15,469 bases of DNA from the UHGV virus genome UHGV-1756799; one strand, written 5' to 3'. Source of the stretch: a virus. The notes under the pieces are model-generated. The model saw only the letters and a program-made list of their open reading frames with translations. It ran no database searches and was not told the origin of the DNA. A program made the position numbers and the translations under genes. Shown piece by piece: positions 8,669-15,469 of the stretch; positions within the stretch are counted from its first letter, which is position 1; each line of letters opens with the position of its first letter.

Positions 8669-10177
8669 TTATTCTTCGGACTGGTCGTCGGTGTGCTGCG
8701 GCTCCTGTCGTTTCGTTGCGGCACTGCTGCCTCCTTTATCACTGGCCGGATCGGTATCAAATACCAGATCCAGCTTGCGGTTTTCATCAATTTCGGCCTT
8801 GCGCCGACGTTTGACATCATCCGGATTACGACCACCTGCACGTACCCAGTCTGATTCTGTCGCCGCTCCACCACGAATCTGAATTTTCCAGGCCTCAGCC
8901 TCCTTAACAGGGTCAATCCACGGCATCACCGGTCCGGAATACACCGCGGTATACAGTGAAGAACGATCAAGATCGCGGGGTAGCCTGATAACACCGGATG
9001 CCACAGCCTGTTTCAGCCAGGCACGATACATCGGGCGGGTGACGGCACCAATAAACCAGTCCTGCAGGATCAGGTAGCCATCAGTGGATTCAACCAGCTC
9101 CTGACGCTGGGCGCTGTAAGTGCCGTTATAGTTGCGTGCCGTACTGGAAAAACTCAGACGACTGCCCGCCGCCACGGCACGCAACTGACCATTACGAAAA
9201 GTTTCAAGGTTAGGATTGGGACGATCCGACTTCACCATTCCGATTTCTTCGCCGGGTTTCAGATCGTCGTAAATAATGCCTGGCTGAATGGTAAGCTCGC
9301 GTTCATTCTCCTTGCTGCCATTACCATCCGGTTCATAGCTCTGCCCGTCGCCTTTCCGGATGTACATCCCCAGAGCAGCGGCGATCCTTGCTGCAGTCAG
9401 CTCAGAATCTTCATACTCTTTCAGGGCACTGAGGCGGATCAGCACACCGGACAACAAAGACGTCCCGCGCATCTGGTGCAGACGGCGAACAAATTTAAGA
9501 TGCAGCATTCGCTCTGCATCCACTTCTTTGGTTTCCATCTGCCGCCCGGATACGGGACGGCTTTTATACACCAGATATTTTTCGGGACGCCCCCAGTCAT
9601 CAACAAACACGCCCTGATTCAGCCTGTTGCTCTCATCACTGGTCATGGGAATAAAGTCCGGCTCGAGCGCCTCCAGCCAGAAATGAACACCGGCAGAAGG
9701 CGTCAGGCTGTTTATGCGCCCGGAAACCATCTGGGCAAACACCTCACCATCGCGCAGCCAGGTACGCAGCATCAGACGTTCCAGCATCGGACGGGTAAAC
9801 TGCCCGGTGACTTCCGGACTGACAGACCATTCACTCCATCGGGTGCGTATCTCCGCTGCCAGATCACGGGCAATGGCCCCATTGCGTAATACCGGATGTG
9901 GCTCGACAATAATCCCGTTTTTCCCCACCACCCGTTCTTCCAGCTTGTCAAATACACCAATAACCAGATCGTGGTTGTTATCAAGGTAACGGGCCTGCTC
10001 ACGTAACGACACGGCCCCGTACTGGCTTAACTGGTCGGCAGTTCGGTTTTCCCGCCGGGCTTTGTGTGTCCGTGTCGTTTTTACGGCCTCATAAGCCTGG
10101 ATCACCGCACGGGAACGCAGCCTTGCCGCTTTCCATCCTGGTGAAAAAACGCCAATCACATCATCAAGAATTGCCAT
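8669..10177 (-). CDS. Portal protein
   Basis: About 502-aa ORF between the gpW-like gene and the protease-capsid gene; the track start at 10249 is GTG; ATG at 10177 (MAILDDVIG...) overlaps the gpW-like stop as TGATG. Size, position and acidic C-terminus fit a portal. Confidence 0.8.
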   Translation of the reverse strand: MAILDDVIGVFSPGWKAARLRSRAVIQAYEAVKTTRTHKARRENRTADQLSQYGAVSLREQARYLDNNHDLVIGVFDKLEERVVGKNGIIVEPHPVLRNGAIARDLAAEIRTRWSEWSVSPEVTGQFTRPMLERLMLRTWLRDGEVFAQMVSGRINSLTPSAGVHFWLEALEPDFIPMTSDESNRLNQGVFVDDWGRPEKYLVYKSRPVSGRQMETKEVDAERMLHLKFVRRLHQMRGTSLLSGVLIRLSALKEYEDSELTAARIAAALGMYIRKGDGQSYEPDGNGSKENERELTIQPGIIYDDLKPGEEIGMVKSDRPNPNLETFRNGQLRAVAAGSRLSFSSTARNYNGTYSAQRQELVESTDGYLILQDWFIGAVTRPMYRAWLKQAVASGVIRLPRDLDRSSLYTAVYSGPVMPWIDPVKEAEAWKIQIRGGAATESDWVRAGGRNPDDVKRRRKAEIDENRKLDLVFDTDPASDKGGSSAATKRQEPQHTDDQSEE

Positions 10178-10395
10178 CAGAACCTCGCCAGCCGGTACCC
10201 GGGATGCCCCCGTCGTCGTGTAATCAGAGCCGCAAGGCGGCGCTCCCACTCCTGCCGTCCCTGCCGGATCTCAGATAAGTTTTCCATGGTCATCTGCTGA
10301 CCATTAAAGGTGACGGATTTTCCGTCCAGCACCGCCATTTCAGCTTCCGTATAACGCTGAATCATGGCTTCGATATCATTCTGGTTCATAACCAT
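10177..10395 (-). CDS. W: gpW-like head-tail joining protein
   Basis: About 70-aa ORF ending in RRRGHPGY, resembling the C-terminus of lambda gpW (QRRRGPAGF); the second ATG at 10389 overlaps the terminase stop as ATGA. Confidence 0.7.
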   Translation of the reverse strand: MVMNQNDIEAMIQRYTEAEMAVLDGKSVTFNGQQMTMENLSEIRQGRQEWERRLAALITRRRGHPGYRLARF

Positions 10396-12488
10396 CCTCC
10401 GGAAGTCAGCCAGGGGTTAACATCGTCAGTTACTGTTTTCTTCCGTTTTTGTTTTTTAACAGGCGTGGATACCGGTTCCGGTGTGGGTGACGGTTCGGTA
10501 CTGTCCGGGACACACTCCAGCCAGGTTTCCCGGCTCGCCCACTCCGGTGCATCCGGCCAGCGGATCTTTTCGTATCCATGCAGAATGACCAGAGCCTCGG
10601 CATACACCATCAGGTCAAAAGCTTCGTTGGCACCGCGACCCGGCTTACTCCATTTCCCGTCACTGCTCCGCTCTTCATACGTCAGTTCGTCGTAAAACCA
10701 GCTCCCCAGCCAGTCAGGGAAATGCACATAGCCGGGACCTGGCGAGTCACGCCATAACGCGTTATTCACCCGGTCTTTCAGGGCATCCGTCTGAAGAAGC
10801 CAGAGCGGCACATCACCTGCGGCCTGCGCCCGGCGGCCCGTTCGTCCGGTGTTATCAGGGAATGTACGGCTGATCAGTTTTGCGCGCCGGATGCTGTCAC
10901 CCTTAAACAGGTAAATACGTTTACCAAGGCCATCACGACGGCAACGACGCCAGAATTTATAGGCATTATCAGTGACCCCGTCTTCACCGCCGGAGTCCAC
11001 CGCCATTGCCATCAGTCGCATTTGTTGAGAAGGATCGGAGGCCAGCGGCCAGCTTTTATGAAAAACATCCGTCAGCAGGACATCCCAGTCTTCCGGATAG
11101 CTGGCCGGATCAATTCGCTGGCTCTCCCCGTCGCTGTCACCGCGCAATGACTGCGTGATGTTGTAACGATCAATAATCCAGCGTTCGCCACGGCTGCCAT
11201 AGCCCGTTACCTGAACCACAAAACGGCGATGACGTCCCGCCTGCACATCCACTGTCGCCACAAGGAAATTAACGCCATCCGGCACACTGCGGGAAGGAAC
11301 TGGCTCTGCCCGCTGCTCAAGCAATTCACTTTTTCGTTGCTCCATGCTGGCGCGGGGAAGATAAGGTAATCCCCAGTCGGTATTGATAACCGTCTTGAGT
11401 GTCTCTTCACTTCCGGTTGTCTCGTATTCCTGTTCTGCAGTAAGCAGTTTGTAAACGAGTTGCGAGAGTGTCTGATAAGCAGCTGCCGGACCCTCCATCC
11501 AGAATGACGCAATACGTGAACGCCGGGGATCACCATAACGACTGCCATCTGCATTGATGGATTCACCATCCCGTAACCAGACCCCACGTCCGTTCAGCTC
11601 GCGTTTTTGTTCAGGCAAAATCCGTCCTGAACAGGAAGGACACTGAATATAAGCCGCCTCACTTGCCAGCACAGGATCGGCAATATCACGGAAACCAGCA
11701 ACCACATCGCCGCAGGGCTGAAAATACTCACCACAGTGTGGACAGGGCCAGTACCAGCGACGGCGATCGCCACGGTTATAGAGCGACAGGATCCCCGTGG
11801 TTGGTGGAGCCTCATGCGGTGAAGTCCGTCGCCATTTCACATCCTTCACATCCCTGCCGGGGGAACTCTCCACCAGCGTCATACCACTGGACATAAATGT
11901 GGTGGTACGTTTTGAGGCAAGAGAGAAGGCATCCCCCTCACCATCAATATCTTCCGGAAAACGGTCATAATCCGTCAGCGCCACGCATTTATAATCTGAT
12001 GAAGACATGATATTGACTGACGGCCAGCCGATTTTCAGGTAGTTGCCAGCAAGGAATGTTCTGTCATAAACGTTGTTGTCATTTTTGTTCGGACTCAGGC
12101 GACTGACCACTTCCGGGCTGACGCGAAACGTTCTGGCGAGTCGTTTTTTGGAGTGTTCGCGGGCTTTTTCCTCCGTCATCTGAATGATCAGCATATCAGC
12201 AGGATCGCAAATCACGTTGTAAATCACCCAGCCGTCAATCAGGCCGATAGTCTTGCCGGTTCGTGCCGGGCCAACAAATATCACTGCGTCGTATTCACGC
12301 GAGGCCAGGCAGTTCATAGGCTCAATAACATACGGTGCCACCAGCGGATCCCACGGGACTGAGTTCCCTGCCCCCATAGGCACCCGCATATACTGAGCAA
12401 CGGCATCAGCAACCCGCATTCGTCTCGGTGCGCGAAGGATATAACCTGAATCGGTTCGTGCTGCCTTTGCGGTTTCCTGATTCAGCAT
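10386..12488 (-). CDS. Terminase large subunit, GpA family
   Basis: 700-aa ORF with Walker A-like VGPARTGKT, a CPHCGE zinc-finger-like motif as in lambda gpA, and acidic nuclease-domain residues; start overlaps the small-subunit stop as TAATG. Confidence 0.9.
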   Translation of the reverse strand: MLNQETAKAARTDSGYILRAPRRMRVADAVAQYMRVPMGAGNSVPWDPLVAPYVIEPMNCLASREYDAVIFVGPARTGKTIGLIDGWVIYNVICDPADMLIIQMTEEKAREHSKKRLARTFRVSPEVVSRLSPNKNDNNVYDRTFLAGNYLKIGWPSVNIMSSSDYKCVALTDYDRFPEDIDGEGDAFSLASKRTTTFMSSGMTLVESSPGRDVKDVKWRRTSPHEAPPTTGILSLYNRGDRRRWYWPCPHCGEYFQPCGDVVAGFRDIADPVLASEAAYIQCPSCSGRILPEQKRELNGRGVWLRDGESINADGSRYGDPRRSRIASFWMEGPAAAYQTLSQLVYKLLTAEQEYETTGSEETLKTVINTDWGLPYLPRASMEQRKSELLEQRAEPVPSRSVPDGVNFLVATVDVQAGRHRRFVVQVTGYGSRGERWIIDRYNITQSLRGDSDGESQRIDPASYPEDWDVLLTDVFHKSWPLASDPSQQMRLMAMAVDSGGEDGVTDNAYKFWRRCRRDGLGKRIYLFKGDSIRRAKLISRTFPDNTGRTGRRAQAAGDVPLWLLQTDALKDRVNNALWRDSPGPGYVHFPDWLGSWFYDELTYEERSSDGKWSKPGRGANEAFDLMVYAEALVILHGYEKIRWPDAPEWASRETWLECVPDSTEPSPTPEPVSTPVKKQKRKKTVTDDVNPWLTSGGWL

Positions 12489-12982
12489 TACTCCTCCTGC
12501 TGTAATTCCTCCTCATCATCCGCACCTGCTTCAGTCACCCGCAGGGCTATCTGATCGCGCAGATCATCAATAATGGACTGAACACGGCTCACAGCGGCAG
12601 GCTGCAGACCGCAGTCACGTTCAAGAATATCCGGTAATGTCTCCAGCACCTGCACGACCGCTTTTGCCCAGATGGCAAACTCCCGTCTGACATCACTGGC
12701 CGGAATGAGTTGTGCCGTTTCCTGTTCGAACTTAAGACGCTCACGTTCAGACTGATACCAGGCTTTGCGCTCATGCGCGTCCATTTCGCCTTCTGCAACC
12801 GGCGGTGGTAATGCCAGAAATGCCGACACAATATCAACCACCCGATAAAGCTTGAGGTTGCTTTCATGCCCCCCTGCAACGGGTAGATTTTGCAGCCTTG
12901 CCGCAGCAGTCTGGCGATGTACACCTGACAATGCCGCCAGTTGACTGATATTCAGCGTCAGATTTTTTAACTCTCGATCCAT
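12488..12982 (-). CDS. Terminase small subunit (Nu1-like), N-terminal HTH
   Basis: 164 aa directly upstream of the large terminase; N-terminal helix-turn-helix-like segment (LNISQLAALSGVHRQTAAARL) and acidic C-terminus; RBS GGAG 5 nt upstream. Confidence 0.75.
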   Translation of the reverse strand: MDRELKNLTLNISQLAALSGVHRQTAAARLQNLPVAGGHESNLKLYRVVDIVSAFLALPPPVAEGEMDAHERKAWYQSERERLKFEQETAQLIPASDVRREFAIWAKAVVQVLETLPDILERDCGLQPAAVSRVQSIIDDLRDQIALRVTEAGADDEEELQQEE

Positions 12983-13085
12983 ACCCGCTCCAGAATGTTT
13001 TAAACATGCATCTTGCGAACAACTTTAGGCAAACGGTGTTAGTGATGAACAAAAAACAATCAGAATCGACACCATAAAAATAAAT

Positions 13086-13116
13086 CCACTGTAATATCAA
13101 TCAATTACAGTAGTGG
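13086..13116. promoter_or_regulatory. Imperfect inverted repeat with an embedded IHF-consensus match (candidate cosB-type terminase/IHF binding region)
   Basis: CCACTGTAAT...ATTACAGTAGTGG inverted repeat; TATCAATCAATTA (13095-13107) fits WATCAANNNNTTR; lies between the GC-rich element and the small-terminase start. Confidence 0.35.
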
Positions 13117-13159
13117 TGATGACGAATAAAATTTCAAAAACTAGCCTTTTTCCGCGACG

Positions 13160-13192
13160 CTCCCGCCCCGTGGCAGGGGCCCCCACCGGGAG
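13160..13192. promoter_or_regulatory. GC-rich nested palindrome, candidate cosN-like terminase cleavage site
   Basis: CTCCCG-CCCC-GTGGCA-GGGG-CCCCCAC-CGGGAG: outer CTCCCG/CGGGAG and inner GCCCC/GGGGC inverted repeats in a sharply GC-rich island inside AT-rich DNA, about 180-210 bp upstream of the terminase small-subunit start, comparable to cos-Nu1 spacing in lambda. Confidence 0.35.
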
Positions 13193-13197
13193 GACCC

Positions 13198-13220
13198 GAC
13201 AGCCTGACAGCCTGACAGCC
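13198..13220. repeat. Tandem direct repeat, about 2.9 copies of the octamer GACAGCCT
   Basis: gacagcct gacagcct gacagcc read directly from the sequence, adjacent to the palindrome. Confidence 0.85.
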
Positions 13221-13356
13221 GTGACGAGCATCTGATACAGCGCTTTACATAATGGCATAGGAATAATTCAGAAGGACATCACAGCATGCCCACACAAATT
13301 AGTGTGAGTGTCCTGTTTCTTCCTACGCACAGGACTGACGAGCATGAGGGGAAAAT

Positions 13357-13524
13357 ATGCGAACCATAAATGCCTCATCTTCAGCAATGCAGCCGGCATC
13401 CGAACAGGACGATATTGTAAATTCACCTAATTACGAGGACATTGCAGTAGTTGAATTGCAGCTCTGTATTAGCCTGACAGTGACAGAATGCGATATTGAC
13501 TCTGTCACAGGTGAAATAGTTTGA
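13357..13524 (+). CDS. Hypothetical small acidic protein, 55 aa
   Basis: Not in the ORF track (below 60 aa). ATG at 13357 with GAGGGG 5 nt upstream; translation MRTINASSSAMQPASEQDDIVNSPNYEDIAVVELQLCISLTVTECDIDSVTGEIV. No homolog recognised; it converges on the 68-aa ORF with only 20 nt between stops and no terminator. Confidence 0.25.
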   Translation: MRTINASSSAMQPASEQDDIVNSPNYEDIAVVELQLCISLTVTECDIDSVTGEIV

Positions 13525-13544
13525 ATGATTAGCAGTTATGGTGC

Positions 13545-13751
13545 TCAGTCAACCACCAGGGAATAATCCTTCGAATTCTTATCGTGCTTCACCAACGCTG
13601 CCTCAATTGCCCTGAATGCTTCCAGAGACACCTGATGTTCTATACATGCAATTACAACATCCGGGTAACTCATAGAAATGGTGCTATTAAGCATATTTTT
13701 TACACGAATCAGATCCAACGAGAGTTCATCAGCAGATTGTTCTTTATTCAT
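13545..13751 (-). CDS. Hypothetical small protein, 68 aa (possibly the counterpart of K-12 Qin ynfO by position)
   Basis: ATG start with GGAG 7 nt upstream; lies between the terminase/cos region and the ydfO-like gene, where K-12 Qin carries a small gene between nohQ and ydfO. I do not recognise the sequence itself. Confidence 0.45.
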   Translation of the reverse strand: MNKEQSADELSLDLIRVKNMLNSTISMSYPDVVIACIEHQVSLEAFRAIEAALVKHDKNSKDYSLVVD

Positions 13752-14051
13752 TTTGTCGCTCCATGCGTTTGCTCGTCATCTAGCGGTTAAAATATTACTT
13801 CAAATCTTACTGCATAAAAGAGGAAAAGTATGAAAGTTTGAGTACATCGACCTTACATACATCTGTCGGTTGCATATCCCTCCTGGATGCCAGCAAGGCT
13901 CAATTTTGTTACGCAATCAACACTATTCATTAAAAACAGGCTTAATATTTGACATAAATCATCAACAAAACACAAAGAGGTCAGACCAGATTAAAACAAT
14001 AAACACGATAATGCAAACTACGCGCCATCGTATCACATGGAAGGTTTACCA

Positions 14052-14462
14052 ATGGCTCAGGCTGCCATTTTTAAAGAAATATTCGATCAAGTGCGTAAAG
14101 ATTTAAACTGTGAATTATTTTATTCTGAGCTAAAACGTCACAATATCTCACTTTATATTTACTATTTAGCCACAGATAATATTCACATTGTGTTAGAAAA
14201 CGACAACATAGTGTTAGTAAAAGGACTCAAAAAGGTTGTAAATGTTAAATTCTCCAGAAACAAACATCTTATAGAGACCTCCTATAATAAGTTGAAATCA
14301 AAAGAAATCACATTTCAACAATACAGGGAAAATCTTGCTAAAGCAGGAGTTTTCCGATGGGTTACAAATATCCAGGAACACCAAAGATATTACTATGCCT
14401 TTGATAACTCATTACTATTTACTGAAAGCATCCAGAAAACTACACAGATCTTACCACGCTAA
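14052..14462 (+). CDS. ydfO: YdfO-like protein (DUF1398 family), prophage moron
   Basis: 136 aa from the second ATG ([11 protein letters not shown]...), which has GGAAGG 7 nt upstream; the first ATG at 14037 lacks an RBS. Matches my recollection of K-12 Qin YdfO and its position next to gnsB and the Nu1-like gene. Confidence 0.6.
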   Translation: MAQAAIFKEIFDQVRKDLNCELFYSELKRHNISLYIYYLATDNIHIVLENDNIVLVKGLKKVVNVKFSRNKHLIETSYNKLKSKEITFQQYRENLAKAGVFRWVTNIQEHQRYYYAFDNSLLFTESIQKTTQILPR

Positions 14463-14470
14463 ACCATAAC

Positions 14471-14499
14471 GTCCGGCTTCTCTCACTCCTGAGCCGGAC
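14471..14499 (+). terminator. Hairpin downstream of ydfO-like gene (weak candidate terminator)
   Basis: GTCCGGCT-13 nt-AGCCGGAC, 8-bp stem beginning 9 nt after the stop; large loop and no clean T-tract. Confidence 0.3.
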
Positions 14500-14551
14500 T
14501 GCATTGGTTTAATAAAAACCATCAACAATTGTGATTTAGATATTCGGAACC

Positions 14552-14574
14552 ATTCAAATATAACAAAACCCCGT
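14552..14574 (-). terminator. Candidate intrinsic terminator for the gnsB-like gene
   Basis: Minus-strand CCUCG-UUUUUA-CGGGG (one G-U pair) followed by UUUUGUU, about 40 nt after the gnsB-like stop. Confidence 0.4.
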
Positions 14575-14613
14575 AAAAACGAGGTTTATGGATAAATTTT
14601 ATTATTGAATACA

Positions 14614-14790
14614 TCAGATTAAATTAATCTTGACATCATAGCTTTCAAGACCCGTCATTTTTTCCCGTGCGGTAAACTGAATACTGGTAACTTCTTTCCC
14701 GGTCTTTTTCTTAAGTTCAATAATTTTTTTTGTTATATATTCAGAAATATCTGCTTCTGCTTTTGTTTTTAAGTTTTCAATATTCATCAT
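14614..14790 (-). CDS. gnsB: GnsA/GnsB-family protein, 58 aa
   Basis: Not in the ORF track (below 60 aa). Translation MMNIENLKTKAEADISEYITKKIIELKKKTGKEVTSIQFTAREKMTGLESYDVKINLI; the FTAREKMTGLESYDVKI segment matches E. coli GnsA/GnsB as I recall them; RBS AAGAGGAAA upstream. Confidence 0.8.
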   Translation of the reverse strand: MMNIENLKTKAEADISEYITKKIIELKKKTGKEVTSIQFTAREKMTGLESYDVKINLI

Positions 14791-14958
14791 TTCCTCTTTT
14801 AGTCTGTTATGACTTTCCAGTTACACAGTAAGTCGATTATATGGTGCAAACGTGTAAAAGATAAGATGAAACATCGCAATAATCAACATACGATAGTCTA
14901 AATTTTACACAAACAGACAAAGAGAATTTTCCTGAATTATCAATACAATAGCATCAAA

Positions 14959-15189
14959 TCAACTCAAGAGCCTTATTGCTGCTTCCAGAATTTCTTCTGA
15001 AGTAACATGTCGATCCGCGGCTACATAAATGACTTTATGATCTCCGGTCAGAGATGGAAACCCTGCGGCCATTACAGTAAGGTGTGTTTTTTCGCCATTT
15101 GGATATTCACGCATGATGGTGTTAACTCCAGTCATCGCTGGCACTACCACTGCTGGTTCAGAGTTAAAAAAAACTATGATTTTTTTCAT
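14959..15189 (-). CDS. Small protein, 76 aa, upstream partner of the gnsB-like gene (YmcE/YnfN-like by position and size)
   Basis: ATG at 15189 (MKKIIVFFNSEP...); the track start at 15231 is TTG and lies in the terminator. Same strand as and 168 nt upstream of gnsB, like ymcE-gnsA and ynfN-gnsB in K-12. Weak RBS; sequence not recognised with certainty. Confidence 0.5.
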   Translation of the reverse strand: MKKIIVFFNSEPAVVVPAMTGVNTIMREYPNGEKTHLTVMAAGFPSLTGDHKVIYVAADRHVTSEEILEAAIRLLS

Positions 15190-15233
15190 GATGTTACCGT
15201 AGTATGTGAGTATCCATCGAATAGATACCAAGC

Positions 15234-15253
15234 AAAAAAGCTCCCGAAGGAGC
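15234..15253 (-). terminator. Intrinsic terminator (possibly bidirectional)
   Basis: Minus-strand GGCUCC-UUCG-GGAGC(C) with a UUCG tetraloop followed by UUUUUU; the plus-strand side is also followed by T-rich sequence. Immediately after the stop at 15262 of an upstream minus-strand ORF. Confidence 0.6.
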
Positions 15254-15261
15254 CTTCATTT

Positions 15262-15418
15262 TCACTTTTTTAAATCCAACGACAGACGGCTGGCATTTAA
15301 GTATTGTGAAATATTATCAAATGTAATCATCATTGATTTACAAAAGATACATTTTGCCCCGAAAGGATTCATGTCAGAAACATCAAAAGATGATGTTCTA
15401 TACTGGGAACCATGACAA
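15262..15418 (-). CDS. C-terminal fragment of an unidentified minus-strand gene (truncated by the contig end)
   Basis: Open minus-strand frame ending at TGA 15262-15264 (...YRTSSFDVSDMNPFGAKCIFCKSMMITFDNISQYLNASRLSLDLKK) and followed by a strong terminator; the track ORF 15262-15447 extends into adapter sequence, so only 15262-15418 is genomic. Confidence 0.25.
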
Positions 15419-15469
15419 CTGTCTCTTATACACATCTCCGAGCCCACGAGACATCTCAGGATCTCGTAT
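15419..15469 (+). other. Illumina Nextera (Tn5 mosaic-end) adapter read-through; not biological sequence
   Basis: CTGTCTCTTATACACATCTCCGAGCCCACGAGAC, then an 8-nt index-like ATCTCAGG, then ATCTCGTAT (start of the P7 sequence). Confidence 0.95.

Noticed and set aside
8669-10249. ORF-track start positions for portal (10249), capsid (8916), V (5025), H (3549), G (4257), DUF2190 gene (6655) and the 76-aa gene (15231)
   Set aside because: The first codon at each of these is TTG or GTG, not ATG, and using them creates long overlaps with upstream genes or terminator hairpins; in-frame ATGs with Shine-Dalgarno sequences and coupling overlaps give more plausible starts.
13198-13220. Tandem GACAGCCT repeats as a possible CRISPR array or satellite
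   Set aside because: Only about 3 copies of an 8-bp unit with no spacers; far too short for CRISPR and more likely a protein-binding iteron-like motif near cos.
13870-14106. Plus-strand 78-aa ORF overlapping the ydfO-like start
   Set aside because: It is out of frame with and overlaps the better-supported ydfO-like gene, and has no RBS.
15371-15415. 14-codon plus-strand mini-ORF (MSETSKDDVLYWEP) with AGGA upstream at the window end
   Set aside because: Too short and with a very short SD spacer; it lies antisense to the minus-strand gene fragment and abuts the adapter, so there is no support for a real gene.
15262-15447. 61-aa minus-strand ORF beginning MGSEMCIRDS
   Set aside because: Its first ten codons are translated from Illumina adapter sequence, so the start is artefactual; only the part up to 15418 could be a genuine C-terminal gene fragment.

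Overview
This window is the late (virion morphogenesis) region of a lambda-like prophage of the E. coli/Shigella/Salmonella type, with all structural genes on the minus strand. Reading 5'->3' on the minus strand from ~12982 down to 1, the order is: terminase small subunit, terminase large subunit (GpA-like), gpW-like connector, portal, ClpP-like prohead protease fused to major capsid protein, DUF2190 protein, FII-like head-tail protein, Z, U, V, G and G-T (programmed -1 frameshift), H (tape measure), M, and L (cut by the window edge). Most gene boundaries show translational-coupling overlaps (TAATG, TGATG, ATGA, ATGTCTGA). Above the terminase genes (12983-15418) lies an AT-rich moron island: a GC-rich palindromic candidate cos site, two unassigned small ORFs, a ydfO-like gene, a gnsB-like gene and a 76-aa upstream partner gene, with several intrinsic terminators. 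The last 51 bases (15419-15469) are an Illumina Nextera adapter read-through, so the window ends at an artificial contig boundary. The supplied ORF track appears to begin ORFs at TTG/GTG as well as ATG (shown as M); I moved several starts to an in-frame ATG with a Shine-Dalgarno sequence. All protein assignments come from reading the translations against remembered lambda and K-12 prophage proteins; no database search was run.
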